Assembly: GCF_963921235.1 (NCBI RefSeq)
Contig: NC_086097.1
Span: 84,818,001 to 84,882,000, forward strand
Direction of reading: 5' to 3'
Length of the DNA: 64,000 nucleotides
Origin: Mobula hypostoma
Taxonomy: Eukaryota
A program made the translations under genes and the position numbers. Shown here piece by piece: positions 62,060 through 64,000 of the stretch. Positions within the stretch are counted from its first letter, which is position 1, and the number at the start of each line of letters is the position of its first letter. A model generated the notes under the pieces. It was not told the origin of the DNA, ran no database searches, and saw nothing but the letters and a program-made list of their open reading frames with translations.

Positions 62060-62480
62060 TTAAGAATCAAGATTGTTTATTGTTGTTCTGGATCGGGAGC
62101 ATCATATAAAAAAACAACACAATAAGCATAAAGGCCACAATAAAAGGCAAGGGAACACGATAATTATAACTGTAAAAGCAATGCTATGACACAATGTACA
62201 AGTAACTGTTACATACATAGACTGATTGTATGGACATAAACTGGCGCTCGGTGATGTGTGTGTAGAGGTGATGGGGCATGGTAGGGTATTTTAATGAGTA
62301 GAGGTGTTGATCTGTCTGACAGCTTGGGGAATGTAACTGTTTTTGCGTCTAGTGGTCCTGGTGTAGATGTTACGTAGCCTTTCCCATAATGAAGGTGGGA
62401 CAAACAGTCCATAAGCAGGGTGTGTGGGATCCTTCGTGATATCGCTGGTCTTTTCTGGTACTTTTCTGTATCTATGCCCT
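62060..62480 (-). mobile_element. Rex1-type LINE 3' fragment
   Basis: Minus frames resemble IKDPTHPA.GLF..L..GKR..SI...TTRRKNSY.P.AVR.IN, followed by a 3' UTR. Confidence 0.7.
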
Positions 62481-62741
62481 TAATGGCTGATGCTGGTGAT
62501 ACGTTGATATACGTATTGGTTTGTGAAGAGTGCAGTGATAGAAGTTTGAGCAAGACCTCCTTTCTTTGATAGTGCAATGTAGATGGGTTCCTGCTGGTCA
62601 CTGGAAGATGGTGGGCTGAAGTGGCTGATTCTACACTGTATGGCTCTATAACTCTAAGGTTTCTATGGCCTTCACAAAACTATAATCTGAGGAAATATTG
62701 TTAATCTGATTTCAGCAGTGAGATAAAGGATAGCATGTAGT

Positions 62742-63925
62742 CAACACACACAAAATGCTGGAGGAACAGCAGTCCAGGCAGCATGTAGGAAAAGCGTACA
62801 GTCGATGTCTCGGGCTGAGACCCTTCAGCAGGACAGGAGAAAAAAAAGATGAAGAGCAAATTTAAAAGGTAGGGGAGTAGAGAGAGAAACACAAAGTGAT
62901 AGATGAAATGGGAAGGGGAGGGATGAAGTAAAGAGCTGGGAAGTTGATTGGTGAAAGAAATACAGGTCTGGAGAAGCGAGAGCGAACAGGAGGCCATGGA
63001 AGAAAGAAAAGTGGGGGGGGGGAGGAGCACCAGAGGGAGGCGATGGGCGGGCAAGGAGATAAGGTGAGAGAGGGAAAAGGGGGTGAGGAATGATGAAGGA
63101 GGGGTGGAGCATTATCAGAAGGTTGAGAAATCGATGTTCATGTCATCGTGTTGGAGGCTACCCAGACAGAATATAAGGTGTTGTTCCTCCAACCTGAGTG
63201 TGGCCTCACCTGTGAGTTGGTTTGGGTCATATATTGTGTTCAGTGCTCCAGGTGTGGCCTTCTGTATGTCGTCGAGACCCGGCATAGATTGGAAGCCTAC
63301 TTTGCCGAGCACCTATGCTCCGTCTGCCAGAAGAAATGGGATCTCCCAGTGGCCATCCATTTTAATTCCACTTCCCATTCCCATTCCCATTCAGATATAT
63401 CCATCCACGACCTCCTCTACTGTTGCGATAAGGCCACACTCAGGTTGGTGAACAACACCTTATATTCCGTCTGGGTAGCCTTCGACCTGATGGCACGAAC
63501 ATCGATTTTTCGAACTACCGGTAATGACGCACCCCCCCCACCCCGCCCTCAACATTCCCCATTCCCTTTTCTCTCTCATCTACTCCTTGCCTGCCTGTTG
63601 CTTCCCTCTGGTGCTCCTCCACCTTTTCTTTCTTCCATGGCCTTCTCGCCTCTCCTATTAGATTCCCCCTTCTCCAGCCCTGTATCTCTTTCACCAGTCA
63701 ACTTCCCAGCTGTTTACTTCCTCCCTTCCCCATCACCCATCATCCTGTGTTTCTGTCTCCCCTCCCCCCACCTTTTAAATTTACTCCTTAGCTTTTTCCT
63801 CTCCAGTCCTGTCGAAGGGTCTGGGCCCGAAATGCGACTGTACTTTTTTCCATAGATGCTGCCTGGCCTGCTGAGTTCCTCCAGCATTTTGTGTGTGTTG
63901 CTTGGATTTCCAGCATCTGCACATT
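62742..63925 (+). mobile_element. Penelope-like element with inverted pseudo-LTRs and GIY-YIG remnant
   Basis: A minus arm (62742-~63210) is fused to a plus arm (~63210-63925). The plus ORF reads VIYCVQCSRCGLLYVVETRHRLEAYFAEHL...PVAIHFNS (GIY-YIG). Both arms end in the same terminus. Confidence 0.92.
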
Positions 63926-64000
63926 TGCTCTTGTTCTGTGATAGCATGAAGGCTGGAGCTTAGCAGGACCGAAACTCTGGAGTTCTGAGTAGCTGTGGAT

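Noticed and set aside
1..64000. CRISPR array, rRNA, operons or other prokaryotic systems
   Set aside because: No spaced direct-repeat array and no dense coding; the window is vertebrate repeat-rich DNA.

Overview
This window is repeat-rich vertebrate nuclear DNA. The repeat set (CR1/HER1-type LINEs with short microsatellite tails, Rex1/Babar-type LINEs, abundant Penelope-like elements, tRNA-derived SINEs) is typical of a cartilaginous fish, probably a ray; that assignment is an inference. I could not recognise any intact host protein-coding gene, and almost all ORF-track entries are decayed transposon frames or their antisense mirrors. Main contents: (1) a 5'-truncated, decayed endogenous retrovirus on the minus strand (936-~3300) with an ERV-L/ERV-S-like integrase core, a gamma-type env, a PPT and a 3' LTR. 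(2) Two solo LTRs; the one at 46211-46690 is ~70% identical to the ERV LTR over 150 bp. (3) A Tigger/pogo deletion derivative carrying a hairpin-shaped Penelope-derived insert with an intact-looking minimal hammerhead ribozyme core. (4) A hAT element with a perfect CTCTAGAG TSD that carries two inverted copies of a 249-bp LTR around its transposase remnant. (5) Many CR1, Rex1, RTE, Penelope and SINE copies. (6) Several splice-bounded, protein-like but stop-interrupted minus-strand segments that may be a decayed host gene (unidentified, low confidence).
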